The notes under the pieces are model-generated. The model searched no databases. It worked only from the letters and a program-made list of their open reading frames with translations, and was not told the origin of the DNA. From Eledone cirrhosa (Eukaryota): DNA of 64,000 nt. This document shows, piece by piece, positions 41,791-57,885 of the stretch; positions within the stretch are counted from its first letter, which is position 1; the number at the start of each line of letters is the position of its first letter. Both the position numbers and the translations under genes were made by a program. The DNA is taken from contig CAXHJY010000720.1 in assembly GCA_964016885.1 (NCBI GenBank), positions 23,367-87,366 of the forward strand, in the 5' to 3' direction.

Positions 41791-42257
41791 AAAAAATGGG
41801 GAGAAGAATACTGCAGGTTGCACATGGATAACATGTAATAAAATGAGTCCCTCATCAGTGATTTGCCGATGATCATAGATATTTCATTGCATTAAAAATC
41901 ATATACCTCACGTCGATGCAATAATAACTAAATTAAGTTATTAGGACAATTAAAACGCGTAAAGCGAGTGAGACAAGATAACAACAAAGAGGAGAGCTAA
42001 CCGTAGAGAGGAAGGGAACAAGCTACATAGTTATTCTGTTAGCATAAGCTAGGTGAATATATGAGCGCTTAGAAAAAAGACCATTCGGGATGAATCCAAA
42101 TGTGAGAAAGAAAGAATTTGTTTTCGTCGCGAACGGGGTGAAGTGAGAAGAGGAGAAACAGTGAGTGAGTGAGTGGAAGTGTGAGGAAGATATATATATA
42201 TATATTATATATATATATTATATATATATATTATATATATATATAATATATATATAT

Positions 42258-42373
42258 ATTATAAGAACATATTAAAGCTTAATCAAAGAATCACTACTTT
42301 CATCGTTAACAGGATCTTCTGTTAAGGGTGAAAGCAGCGATTCTTTGCTTAAACTTTAATCTGTTCTTATAAT
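42258..42373. repeat. Fold-back inverted repeat, ~57-bp arms
   Basis: Centre at 42315/42316; the left arm matches the unfolded copy at 61060-61120. Confidence 0.88.
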
Positions 42374-42489
42374 AAATATTTACTCTACGGCTTTATATAT
42401 ATATATATATATTTATTATATACATATAGAAACGAGTAGGACCCCGACGGCTGAGCTGAAGCCTTTTCGACCGCTCATTCTGGACTTAT

Positions 42490-42765
42490 TATATATATGT
42501 TATATATATATTATATATATATTATATATATGTTATATATATATTATATATATATATTATATATATATTATATATATATTATATATATATTTATTATATA
42601 TTATATTATATTATATATATTATATTATATTATGTATTATATATTATATTATATATCTATTATATATTATATTATATATATATTAATATTATATATATAT
42701 TATATTATATATATATTATATTATATATTATATTTTATATTATAATATATATATATATATTATAT

Positions 42766-42810
<45 letters not shown>

Positions 42811-43147
42811 ATATATATATATTATATAATATATTATAATATATTATTATATATTATAAATATAATATATATATTATAAATATAATATATATATTATATA
42901 TATAATATATATATTATATATATAATATATATATTATAAATATAATATATATATTATATATATAATATATATATATATATATAATATATATATATTATAT
43001 AATATATATATTATATATATTATATATATATTATATTACATCTGAGTTCAAATCCGTCGAGGTTAACTTTGTCTTTCATCCTTACGGGGTCGACAAAATA
43101 AAGTACCAGTAATGTACTGGAAATTGCTGGCCTAAAGTAGAAACAAT

Positions 43148-43185
<38 letters not shown>

Positions 43186-43277
43186 ATATATATATATATA
43201 ATATATTATATATATATATATTATATTGTATATATTGTATATATATATATTATATATATATATATATTATTATAATA

Positions 43278-43324
<47 letters not shown>

Positions 43325-43330
43325 TATAAT

Positions 43331-43410
<80 letters not shown>

Positions 43411-43440
43411 TATATTATATATATATATATATTTATATAT

Positions 43441-43474
<34 letters not shown>

Positions 43475-43578
43475 ATATATATATTATATATTATATAATA
43501 TATTATATATATAATATATATTATATATATATTATATATATAATATATATATTATATATAATAATATATATATATATC

Positions 43579-43610
<32 letters not shown>

Positions 43611-43789
43611 TTAATATATATATATTATAATATATAATATATATATATATATATTATACTATATTATATATATTATATATATATTTATTTATATATTATA
43701 TATATATATTATATATATATATTAAATATATATATATTATATATATATATTATATATATATATTATTATATATATATTATATATATATA

Positions 43790-43829
<40 letters not shown>

Positions 43830-44008
43830 TATATATAGTATTATTATATATGTATATTATATATGTATATTATATATGTATATTATATATGTATATTATA
43901 TATGTATATTATATATGATATATATTATATTATATATATTTATTATATATTATATTATATATATATATTATATATATATTATATATATATATTAATATAT
44001 ATATTATT

Positions 44009-44090
<82 letters not shown>

Positions 44091-44309
44091 TATATATATA
44101 TATAATATATATATATATTATATATTATTATATATATATATATATATTATATATTATATATATATATTATTATATATATATATTATATATATATATTATA
44201 TATATATATTATATATTAATATTATATATATATATTATATATATATTATATATATATATTATATATATATATTTTATATATATAATTATATATATATATA
44301 TTATATATA

Positions 44310-44352
<43 letters not shown>

Positions 44353-44362
44353 ATATTATATA

Positions 44363-44409
<47 letters not shown>

Positions 44410-44601
44410 TATATATTATATATATATATATTATATATATATATTATATATATATATATTATATATATATTATATATATATATTATATATATATATTATA
44501 TATATATTATATATATATATTATAATATATATATTATATATTATATTATATATATATATATTATATATATATATTTATATATATATATTATATATATATA
44601 T

Positions 44602-44636
<35 letters not shown>

Positions 44637-44776
44637 ATATATATATTATATATATATTATATATATATTTATATATATATTATATATATATTATATATAT
44701 ATTATATATATATTATATATTATTATATATATATTATATATATATTATATATATATTATATATATTATATATATAT

Positions 44777-44811
<35 letters not shown>

Positions 44812-44973
44812 ATATATATATATTTATATATTATATATATATATGTATATATATATTATATATATATTATATATATATTATATATATATTATATATATAT
44901 TATATATAATATTATTATTATATATTATATATTATATATATATTATATATATATTATATATATATTATATAAT

Positions 44974-45007
<34 letters not shown>

Positions 45008-45400
45008 ATTATATTATTATATTATATATATTATATTATATATATATTATATATATATTATATATATATTATATATATATTATATATATATTATATTATA
45101 TATATATATATATATATTATACTATATATATATTATATTATATATATTATATATAATTATATTATATATATTATATATATTATATTATATTATATATATT
45201 ATATTATATTATATTATATTTATATTATATTATATATTATATTATATATATATTATATATATATTATATTATATATATTATATATTATAATTATATATTA
45301 TATTATATTATATTATATATTATATTATATATTATATTATATTATATTATATATTATATTATATATATATATATATAACATATATATGTTATATATATAT
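42490..45400. repeat. ~2.9-kb degenerate AT-only microsatellite with one SINE fragment (43041-43148)
   Basis: Directly visible. Confidence 0.97.
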
Positions 45401-45657
45401 ATGTTATCTATATTTATTTTTTCTCCAATTTCAACTTTCTTCTAATGAAGGACTAGCCTCCGAAACGTTAAAACCCTCAAGTGTTAAGCTAATATATATA
45501 TGGGTGGGTGGGTGGTGGTGGTGGTGGTGGCGACGACGACGACCGATGACGGCGGCTGCTGTTGCTGCCCCCTCGTTATCGAATATGGCCATTGCACGAG
45601 AAGAAAGAAAAAAAAAAAAAAAATGAAAAAAAAAAAAAAAATGAAAAAAAAAAGGAA

Positions 45658-45692
<35 letters not shown>

Positions 45693-45794
45693 TAACAATA
45701 ATAATAACGACAACAACAACAATAATAATATACATATATATATACGCACACACATAAGCATATCTTCACACACACACACGCACGATAGCAAACT

Positions 45795-45975
45795 AACAGC
45801 GCTGCGATCGAATATGGCTTTTTAGCCCAGCCAATGATCTAAAATGTCTTGCACAGAGTCGGCAACCAAAACATTCACTGGGAATAGTCGGCTGTGGTTG
45901 GAGTTCGTCTACTTTTGCATGTCGCTTGAGCCCTCCTGCTGATTTACATTCTCTACCACATGCTTGGCAAGCATA
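45795..45975 (-). mobile_element. RTE-like LINE C-terminal double C2H2 fragment
   Basis: CQACGRECKSAGGLKRH...[20 protein letters not shown]; shares SLAGLKSH with the 5171/29877/62034 element; abuts (CATA)n. Confidence 0.6.
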
Positions 45976-46089
45976 CATACATACATACATACATACATAC
46001 ATACATACTAATACATACATACATACATACATACATACATACATACATACATACATACATACATACATACATACATACACATACATACA

Positions 46090-46120
<31 letters not shown>

Positions 46121-46626
46121 TGTGAGACGCCCACAGATTTCTTTAGTAATGTTATTTTAAAAATTGTTCTATGAATGACAGTGGAAATATACTAATGGGA
46201 ATAGTTGGCAGGCCAATGGCAACATTTAAATAATTAGTTTCTTCGGTGAGATTGCTATGGAGTCTTATAATTCCAGTGATTACGCCAATTTGTCTATGTA
46301 TGGTAAACAGAACTGGTTAAACACTTCAATCGGTGTGCCGCCATTAAAGACTTTACAACACCGATTAGGGAGAATATATACTAGATATATTTAGCCGATA
46401 AAATTTACGAAATATATTGTTGTAAATTATAGTCGTTATATACTTACGGAGATTGCTAAATGGAGAGCCTATTTATGTATATAGACTGGCTTGGTAATTC
46501 AAAGAGAATTATTTCTCACGTACATCAACGTGCTTGTGTGCGTGTGCTACACACACCCACTCACTCACTCACTCACTCACTCACTCACTCACTCACTCAC
46601 TCACTCACTCACTCACTCGTCATAAT

Positions 46627-47530
46627 AGTTGTTTCTACTTTAGGCACAAGGCCAGCAATTACTCAGTACATTACTGGTACTTTATTTTATCGACCCTCGT
46701 AAGGATGAAAGGCAAAGTTAACCTCGGCGGGATTTGACCTCAGACTGTAAAGGGACAATTATGCTAGAAAACATGGCGTCCAACCCTCTACCGATACTGC
46801 CAAATGATTTCTAGTATACGCACACGGCCAGTAATTTTTGGGAGAGAAAGTCAATTAAATCGACCCAGTACGTTACTGGTGCTTTATTTTTCAACCCGTA
46901 AGGATGAAACCCAAAGTTAACTTCAGCAAGATATGAACTCGGATCATAAAAGGCCGTAACTCTATGTTGCAAAGTATGGCGTCCGACACTCTACTGATTC
47001 TGCCAATCCACCGCCATTTTGTTCTATCGGTTACAACAAAAGAATAGCGATGGTCATCTAAAGCACAGAGAATAATGGTCTCCGTTCAAATCCTTACAGG
47101 GTCGATAAATAAAGTACCAGTAATTTACTGAGGTAACTGCTGACTTTGTGCCAAATTAGAAATAATTATTATTCGACGGTGGATTGGCAGTATCGGTAGA
47201 GCATGAGACACCATGTTTTGCGGCATAGTTATGACCCTTTACGTTCTGAGTTCAAATCCTGCCGAGGTTAAACTTTACCTTCTATCCCTATGGGGTCGAT
47301 AAATAAAGTACCAGTAATGCACTGAGGTAATAAATTGCTGGCCTTGTACCAAAAGTAGAAACAATTATTTAAATTAGAACGTCAGACACCATGCTTTGCA
47401 GCATAGAGTTATGGCCCTTTACGTTCCAAGTTAAAAAACTTCCGAGGTTAACTTTGCCTTCCATCCTACACAGGGTTGATAAAATAAAGTACCAGTAATG
47501 TACTTGGCCTTCTGCTAAAAAGTAGAAACA
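46627..47530. mobile_element. Cluster of about five dominant SINE copies (two minus, three plus)
   Basis: Repeated GATAAA(A)TAAAGTACCAGT bodies in both orientations. Confidence 0.88.
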
Positions 47531-48299
47531 TTCTTATTCGATATAAAACTCCCGAATGAATTCATCAGATTTATTTTTAAAAGAAAAAGATAATGCAGTC
47601 ATTGATCCTGTATTGATTCTTCTTGGATCAATAAAATAAAGTATCAATCATATAATATAGGGAGATACAATCGACTAAAGCCTACATCTACTATTTTTTT
47701 CTAAGATGGCGGTCGTTGTATCTAGTCGACGAGTGATGATGGTGGTGATCTATATATTTCATGTATCTTTACTTTACATTTTTGCATATCCCACGCAAAG
47801 TCATTTTTCGGGATCGAGAAAATAAGTGACATTTAAACATAAATTTATTCGATTCGATCGATTATCCTATTATTTTTCTATACACCTATAATAGAAAACA
47901 ACATTTTCACCACATTGTAAAATGAACACAATAACATCGACATGCTCCCAAATTACTTACGAAACTGATAGACGTAATGTATTATAATAAAAAATATTAT
48001 AGGTTTCTGCAATGCCCAATAGTTCTATTATCTTCAAATTCAGTCATCTTCATATCGGATTCGAAGTGATATTTCCTGTTTTATATAATAATATATCCCC
48101 AAGGAAGAATAATATTCTGTCTATCTGTAAGATCGTGTGATCTCAGCGCTAATTACGCTACTGTCCTTTCTAATGATGTATGGCGGTAAGGCGTATGTAT
48201 CATCCAGTTCGTTTCATCTTTCCCACATGAGGAAAGCATTATATATTGTAAATTAAATGTTGATCCTAACTACAGACAATATGTTCATGGGTTGAAATG

Positions 48300-48407
48300 A
48301 TCATATATATATATATACATGTATGTATATATATATATATATATGCATATATATATATATATGCATATATATATATATATATATGCATATATATATATAT
48401 ATATATA

Positions 48408-48473
<66 letters not shown>

Positions 48474-48524
48474 TATATATATATATATGCATATATATAT
48501 ATATGCATATATATATATATATGC

Positions 48525-48556
<32 letters not shown>

Positions 48557-48577
48557 GCATATATATATATATATATA

Positions 48578-48617
<40 letters not shown>

Positions 48618-48678
48618 TATACATATATATATATATATACATATATATATACATACATACATATATATACATATATAT

Positions 48679-48739
<61 letters not shown>

Positions 48740-48748
48740 CATATATAT

Positions 48749-48779
<31 letters not shown>

Positions 48780-48940
48780 CATATATATATACATACATAT
48801 ATATATATATATACATACATACATATTTACATATATATATATATATATACATACATACATATTTATATATATATACATACATATATATATATATATATAC
48901 ATACATATATATATATATATACATACATATATATATATAT

Positions 48941-48983
<43 letters not shown>

Positions 48984-49002
48984 CATATATATATATATAT
49001 AT

Positions 49003-49035
<33 letters not shown>

Positions 49036-49192
49036 CATACATATATATATATATATACATACATATATATATATATATACATACATATATATATATATAT
49101 ACATACATATATATATATATATACATACATATATATATATATATACATACATATATATATATATATACATACATATATATATATACATACAT

Positions 49193-49266
<74 letters not shown>

Positions 49267-49269
49267 ACT

Positions 49270-49310
<41 letters not shown>

Positions 49311-49708
49311 ATATATATATACATACATGTATATATATATATATATACATACATGTATATATATATATATATACATACATGTATATATATATATATACAT
49401 ACATGTATATATATATATATACATACATGTATATATATATATATACATACATGTATATATATATATATATACATACATGTATATATATATATATATACAT
49501 ACATGTATATATATATATATATACATACATGTATATATATATATATATACATACATGTATATATATATATATATACATACATGTATATATATACATATAT
49601 GTATATATATATATATGCATGCATATATATATATATACATGCACATATACATTCTTGCATGCATATAGGCAAACATACATACACAAAGATATACACACAC
49701 ACACAAAG

Positions 49709-49740
<32 letters not shown>

Positions 49741-49873
49741 TTATATATGTGTCTTTGCACACGCATGTGTGTGTATATTTATATATATATTTATATATTT
49801 ATATTTTTTTATATATATATTTATATTTTTATATATATATATATTTTTATATATATATATTTTTATATATATA

Positions 49874-49930
<57 letters not shown>

Positions 49931-50142
49931 TTATATTTATATATGTAGATTTATATTTATTTATATATATAGATTTATATTTATTTATATATAGAGATTT
50001 ATATTTATATATATAGATTTATATTTATATATTTATATTTATTTATATATATATATATATAGAGATTTATATATAGAGATTTATATATATATATAGAGAG
50101 ATTTATATATATTTATTTATATATATTTATTTATATATATAG

Positions 50143-50180
<38 letters not shown>
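48300..50180. repeat. Compound (TA)n/(CATA)n microsatellite
   Basis: Directly visible. Confidence 0.97.
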
Positions 50181-50398
50181 GTACGTACCTCTGTATATAG
50201 CCATTCATTACCAGTGCTTTCATGCCATAACTTGTGCTGAGGAGTGCATGACCAAGGTTATGTGGTCTTATGGGCGCTTTGATAATTAACGTTCCTTGTT
50301 AACACGAAGAGGAATATTTGGTTTAACCTTTTATTGAAATGCATTGATTCTACGCGGACAATACACAAAATAATTGCGCTTTATAAAATGGCCTCTAC

Positions 50399-50970
50399 TC
50401 TCTGAACTCTTCATTTGAATTAAATATATTAACTAGAAACTTATGCATGACAAACTTATAAACCGCATATAACTACAAACGATACACTTCAACATTGGAT
50501 AATTTATTGTTCATCCGTAAGTCTCTGAACTCTTAATCATTTGAATTAAATATATTAAATAGAAACTTGTATATAACAAGCTTATAAACCGCATATAACT
50601 GCAACAGATACACTTCAACATTGGATAAACTATTGTTCGTCCATAAGTCTCTGAACTCTTAATCATTTGAATTAAATATATTTGTTTCTACTTTAGGCAC
50701 AAAGCCAGCAATTACCCAGTTCATTACTGGTACTTTATTTTATCGACCCCGTAAGGATGAAAGGCAAAGTCAACCTCGGCGGGATTTGAACTCAGATCGT
50801 AAAGGGACGTAACTATGCTGGAAAGCATGGCGTCCGACCCTCTACCGATACTGCCAATCCACCGCCGTTCATTTGAATTAAATATATTAAATAGAAACTT
50901 GTATAAATAAGGTTATAAACTGCATATAACTGCAACAGATACACTTAAATATTGGATAAACTATTGTTCT
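50399..50970. repeat. ~125-bp tandem repeat (3 units), third unit interrupted by a SINE
   Basis: CTCTGAACTCTT..CATTTGAATTAAATATATT at ~50399, ~50523, ~50649. Confidence 0.88.
50682..50866 (-). mobile_element. Young full-length dominant SINE with TSD
   Basis: TSD TCATTTGAATTAAATATATT; nearly identical to 55828-56015. Confidence 0.92.
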
Positions 50971-51324
50971 ATACAGAAGTAAGAATATCAGAATATAAGA
51001 CTGTAAGAATGTAAGAATGTATGCTCTTATGTTAAGCAATAGTTTCACTGTAGCATTTATGTGGGAAGTGACATGGCTGGAAATGTGATACAACTAAACT
51101 AACTCCATAACAGAAGATTGTTTTGAGCCATTAACAGAGAACAAAACAAAAGCACATACATATATAATAGCTTTTGCTTCGAGCTGATCGATAGTGAAAC
51201 ATATGTAATATGTTATTAAATGTTATAATGCAACACTGAATCCTTGTTCCTTATCCTTATTGTATATATATATGTATGTACATATATATATATAATCTGT
51301 TATTTTAATATATATACATATATA

Positions 51325-52348
51325 TACACACACACACCACACACCACACACCTCACACACAACACCAGATACCACACACACCATCCACACACCACACACA
51401 CACACACACCACACATCACCCACCACACACACATCACCCACCACACACCACACACCACACCAGACACCACACACACCACACCAGACACCACACACGCACA
51501 CACACCACACACCACACACACCATCCACACACCACACACCCACACACCACACACCACACACATACCCACCACACATCACCCACCACACACCACCCACCAC
51601 ACCAGACACCACACACAGCACACACACCACACACACCACACACACCACACACACACCACACACACACCACACACACACCACACAAACCACACTAACCACA
51701 CTAACCACACACATCACACACACCACACCCACCACACCAGACACCACACACACCACACACACCACACACACCACACACACCACACACACCACACACACCA
51801 CACACACCACACACACCACACTAACCACACTAACCACACACACCACACACACCACACAAGACACCACACACACCACACAAGACACCACACACACCACACT
51901 AACCACACACACCACACACACCACACAAGACACCACACACACCACACCAGACACCACACACACCACACCAGACACCACACACACCACACCAGACACCACA
52001 CACACCACACTAACCACACACACCACACTAACCACACACACCACACTAACCACACACACCACACCAGACACCACACACACCACACCAGACACCACACACA
52101 CCACACCAGACACCACACACACCACACTAACCACACACACGAATCCACACACCACACATCACCCACCACCCACCACACCAGACACCACACACACCACACA
52201 CCACACACACACACCACACACCACACAAGACACCACACACACACCACACACACACACACCACACACCACACAAGACACCACACGACACCACACAAGACAC
52301 CACACACACCACACGACACCACACACACTACAACACACACCACAAACA
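51325..52348. repeat. Degenerate C/A-rich satellite (CACCACACAC, CACCAGACAC, CACTAACCAC units)
   Basis: Directly visible; His/Thr and Cys/Val ORFs are by-products. Confidence 0.93.
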
Positions 52349-52767
52349 CTTCCATTGACCGAGAAAAAGCAAGCAACACTCAAAAATATTTACAGCGAAC
52401 AATTGAAGGTGATTTCCTGAAAACACTGAAAAACAATATTACATGAAGGGTGAAATAAACTTCATTTATCGTATCATGAGATAAGGAAACAATTCCGTTC
52501 AGATATTTATTAGGAATAAAAACAGGAATGTAATCACGGAAAGACAGGAAAGAGATTACCGGAATAATTCGATACGTGTTCGTATTAGTGAAATACTGAA
52601 ATGTGTATATATGTATATTAATAGAATAGTGTGTATTAAAGTGGATAAAGATAATTCTTTGCATATCAGACAGGATATTATTACAATGGCTGGTAATATT
52701 ATCATAACATGATACAGACCAATTCTGTATGATAAAGTATATAATCATGTTATTATAAACATATTCG

Positions 52768-52863
<96 letters not shown>

Positions 52864-52913
52864 CATATGTATGTATTTATATATATATATATATATATAC
52901 ATATGTATGTATT

Positions 52914-52944
<31 letters not shown>

Positions 52945-53144
52945 GTATGTATTTATATATATATAAATATACATATGTATTTATATATATATATATATAT
53001 ATACATATGTATGTATTTATATATATATAAATATACATATGTATTTATATATATATATATATATATACATATGTATGTATTTATATTTATATAAATATAC
53101 ATATATATATATATATATATATACATATGTATGTATTTATATAA

Positions 53145-53194
<50 letters not shown>

Positions 53195-53451
53195 GTGTGT
53201 GTGTATAAATGTTTCTATATATATATGCATATATGTATATATATATATGCATATATGTATACGTATTTATAGAAGCCTGTATATATATGCATATGCATAT
53301 ATGTATACGTATTTATAGAAGCATGTGTATATATATATATGTGTATATGTATATATATGTGTATATGTATGTATATGTATATATATGCATATATATATAT
53401 GCATATGTATATATGCATATATAAATATGCATACAATTACACGCATATATA

Positions 53452-53491
<40 letters not shown>

Positions 53492-53801
53492 GCATAGATA
53501 TACATATACACACATACACACACACATATATATATACATACACCCACATGTATATATACGTGTGTATGTGTATAATAGTATGTTTTGATCGTGAGGAGAA
53601 CGCTTGCAGAGATAAATTACAATACTCAATAGCTTGGAGGATATGAGAGATATAGAGTTTATGAATAAACTAGCTTTACAGAACATAACCCTGCTTAAGA
53701 GACAGACGTAATTATATAGGACTAGTAAATGAATAAAGTAAGCACACTGTATCTCTGTGTATATATATATATATGTGTGTGTATGTATATATATATATAT
53801 A

Positions 53802-53836
<35 letters not shown>

Positions 53837-54120
53837 GTCTGTATGTATATATATATGTCTGTATGTATATATATATGTCTGTATGTATATATATATGTTT
53901 GTATGTATATATATATATGTTTGTGTATGTATATATATATGTATGTGTATGTATATATATATGTATGTGTATGTATATATATATGTTTGTGTGTATGTAT
54001 ATATATATATGTGTATGTATATATATATATGTGTATGTATATATGTGTATGTATATATATTTCGTTTCTGAATTTGTTTAGCAAGATTCTTTATCTGAAA
54101 TCCCAAAGTATAACAATATG

Positions 54121-54153
<33 letters not shown>

Positions 54154-54585
54154 GTATGTATATATGTATGTATGTATATATGTATATATGTGTATGTATA
54201 TATGTGTATGTATATATGTATATGTATATATGTGTATGTATATATGTATATATGTGTATGTATATATGTGTATGTATATATGTGTATATATGTGTATGTA
54301 TATATGTGTATGTATATATGTGTATATATGTATGTATATATGTGTATATATGTATGTATATGTGTATATATGTATATATATATGTATGTGTGTATATATG
54401 TATGTGTGTATATATGTATGTGTGTATATATGTATGTATATATATATATGTGTATGTATATATATATATGTGTATGTATATATATGTGTATGTATATATA
54501 TGTGTATGTATATATATATCTATGTATATATATATATCTATGTATATATGCCATTCTCTTCCTTCTTTTAAATATATATATATAT

Positions 54586-54779
54586 AACGAAGGAAATGTG
54601 GTAAGGAACCAGGTGGACCATAACGCACCAAAGTACTCAATACTTAGGGTAGTAGAGTTGCTAATAGGAACGAGTAGGACCCCGACGGCTGAGCTCAAGC
54701 CGTCTCGACGGCTAATTCAGTCCAGAATTAACTGTCGAAACGGCTTGAGCTCAGCCGTCGGGGTCCTACTCGTTCCTAT
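54586..54779. mobile_element. Family F element with a 55-bp fold-back
   Basis: Arms 54664-54718 and 54725-54779, loop AGTCCA; right arm carries CTGTC-GAAA-CGGCT..AGCCG-TC-GGGGT. Confidence 0.85.
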
Positions 54780-54939
54780 ATATATATATATATATATATG
54801 TGTGTGGGATAACAAGTTATCGTTATAGGTAATCTCAAGCGATTAGCGAACTCTAGACACACCTGATCAACGAAACAATTGTCAGTACTTTAAATAAAGC
54901 CCTTATTGTATAGCCAACCATGTTACGCTTCTTTCTTTA

Positions 54940-54978
<39 letters not shown>

Positions 54979-55514
54979 CCACACACATGTTCATGTAAGT
55001 GTGTGTGTGTGTGTAGATTGACTATTAAGATATATTGATACACAGAGGATTTGCACATATACAATATATGTTTGTATTGATTTCAAAATAACAATACTTT
55101 TTTTTTCTCCTAAATTATCTTTTTTTTTAAATCAAACACTACAGACATTGTCTTTTGAAGATAAATATTCCAATACACAGCAAAAAATGTTTCTACAATA
55201 TGTCGAAAAAAACTGAAATTAGAAAAAAACTGAAATTAAAAGAAAAATTCTTATTAGTATAATGACTATTCTCGTTTGTGTGAACTTTGCTTGCTGTTGT
55301 TTTTATGGCTTTGGCTGTGTTTAATGTTTCTGTGTGTTCGAAAAGAGATGTAGCTTGCTTTCTGTTAATATGTAAAAGGGTCCTTTAACTAAATGTGTCC
55401 TTTACCTACACGGGTTCTTACCTGCACGGGCTCTTAATTAGACGGGTCATCATCTACACGGATTCTTACCTATATGTGCCCTTGGCTACATGGCCCTTAA
55501 CTAGACAGACCCAT

Positions 55515-56125
55515 ACAATAAAATACACCCAGTACACTCTGTAAAGTGTACCCAGTGGTAGTGCTGGAGCCATTGTAAAATATACACCCAGTACACTCTG
55601 TAAAGTGGTAGTGTTGGTGCCATGATAAAATACACCTAGTACACTCTGTAAAGTGGTAGTGTTGGTGCCACAATAAAAGACACCCAGTACACTCGGTAAA
55701 ATGGTAGTGTTGGTGCCATGATAAAATAATACACCTAGTACACTCTGTAAAGTGGTAGTGTTGGTGCCACAATAAAAGACACCCAGTACACTCGGTAAAA
55801 TGGTAGTGTTGGTGCCATTATAAAATAATTGTTTCTACTTTAGGCACAAGGCCAGCAATTATCCCAGTGCATTACTGGTACTTTATTTTATCGACCCCGT
55901 AAGGATGAAAGGCAAAGTCAACCTCGGCGGGATTTGAACTCAGATCGTAAAGGGACGTAACTATGCTGGAAAGCATGGCGTCCGACCCTCTACCGATACT
56001 GCCAATCCACCGCCATTATAAAATAATACACCTAGTACACTGTGTAAAGTGGTAGTGTTGGTGCCATGATAAAATACACCCAGAACACTCTGTAAAGTGG
56101 TAGAGCAGGAACCACAATAAAATAC
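55515..56125. repeat. ~50-bp minisatellite interrupted by a SINE
   Basis: ACACC(C/T)AGTACACTCTGTAAAGTGGTAGTGTTGGTGCCA repeated on both sides of the SINE. Confidence 0.9.
55828..56015 (-). mobile_element. Young full-length dominant SINE with TSD
   Basis: TSD CATTATAAAATAAT. Confidence 0.92.
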
Positions 56126-56576
56126 ATGATATCTATTATATATTCACGCGCAGTCTATCTTTCGAGACATTTGCAACACGGACATACAATATTTCATTGC
56201 AGGATGGTGTTGGAAAACTTCCAGTGTGGTCTGACATCACCTTGGTTTTCTTAAGCAAATGTAAAATAAAACACATTTTAGTGATCTAGAAATTCTAAGC
56301 AAACCGAAGATTTATCGAACGACTACTATCGATATACTAAGTGTCTGATCGGAATTATCGCTAACTTGATATGTCAATTGAATCTCTGGAACTATTTCAA
56401 ATAATAAATCTCCAGTTATATTATTTCAGTAACAGATATTTAATGCACCTATTATCTTAATTATCGGTTATATATATATATATATATAGATATATTTATT
56501 TATATATATATATATTAGAAAGTGAGGTTTTTTTTACAAAATGAAAAATAACCGAGGTGTCCTACACGAGTGAAAG

Positions 56577-56870
56577 TATAAAGAAAAAGAGATGAAATCG
56601 AAAATGCAACTGGAGTCTTATTTTTTTTTTTTTAAATATGTATATTTATTTGGTTCCTTTACCAGTTTCGCAGTTCTTCTGCTTTTCAAAAGGTGAGTTG
56701 AGATGGAGGGTCTGTAGTTTTTCTCACATGTGAGAAAAACCACAGACCCTCCATCTCAACTCACCTTTTGAAAAGCAGAAGAACTGCGAAACCGGTAAAG
56801 GAACCAAATAAATATATATATTTAAAAAAAAAATAAGACTCCAGTTGCATTTTCGATTTCATCTCTTTTT

Positions 56871-56878
<8 letters not shown>
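56577..56878. repeat. Spacer-less palindrome, ~150-bp arms
   Basis: Centre CTCACA|TGTGAG at 56728/56729; only a few mismatches. Confidence 0.96.
56764..56801 (+). ncRNA. Hammerhead-like motif with variant core (UUGAAAA in place of CUGANGA)
   Basis: CCTT-TTGAAAA-GCAG AAGAA CTGC-GAAA-CCGG-TA-AAGG, then AATAAA; mirror copy at 56656-56693. Confidence 0.6.
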
Positions 56879-56901
<23 letters not shown>

Positions 56902-56981
56902 ATCTATATATGTGTGTGTGTGTATAATAAGAACAAAGTGCGTATGTATGTATCTATCTCTTTCTATCTCACGCTTCCACA

Positions 56982-57019
<38 letters not shown>

Positions 57020-57053
57020 ATGATTCATGCATACATATTTAGATACACGCACT

Positions 57054-57107
<54 letters not shown>

Positions 57108-57119
57108 CATATACACACA

Positions 57120-57292
57120 AAAAGAGTCAGGACCCCGACGGCTGAGCTCCGGCCGTTTCGACGGCTAGATCCGAATGAAACGGCCGGAAATAAGCCGTCG
57201 GGGCCCTGACTCTTTTCATATTATCCACTCTACTAACCTAGGTATTGAGTACTCTGGAGCGTTATGGTCCACCTGGTTTCTTACCACACTCT
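57120..57292. mobile_element. Family F element with a 40-bp fold-back
   Basis: Arms 57120-57159 and 57177-57216, followed by the sense tail. Confidence 0.82.
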
Positions 57293-57836
57293 CTTTGTGG
57301 TTTTGTTTATGTCAACACGAATGGACCTGTTATTTTTATCTAAAGACATTTTTTCCAATCCCACCCCGTTAAGACTCTCTTCCTGCTATATCAAGCGTTA
57401 ATCTAATATATTCCTTCTGTATACTGTACCGATTGTGTTGTTATTTCTGTTTACCTTTTACATACATATATACACACGCACACACACACACGCGCGCACA
57501 CGCACACGCACACGCACACGCACACGCGCACACATACATACATGCATATGCATACATGCATATGCATACATGCATACACATACATGCATACACATACATG
57601 CATACACATACATGCATACACATACATGCATACCCATACATGCATACACATACATGCATACACATACATGCAATACATACACATGCATACACATGCATAC
57701 ACATTCATACACATGCATACACATGCATACACATGCATACACATGCATACACATGCATACACACACATACACACACATACACACACATGCATACACATGC
57801 ATACACATGCATACACACACATGCATACACATGCAT

Positions 57837-57885
<49 letters not shown>

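Noticed and set aside
45795-45975. Possible host C2H2 zinc-finger gene exon
   Set aside because: No TGEKP linkers or splice sites; the motif matches the RTE-type tail found in the repeated element.
47958-48123. Minus-strand segment bounded by TTACAG acceptor-like and GTAAGT donor-like sites
   Set aside because: All three frames contain stops; no homology recognised.
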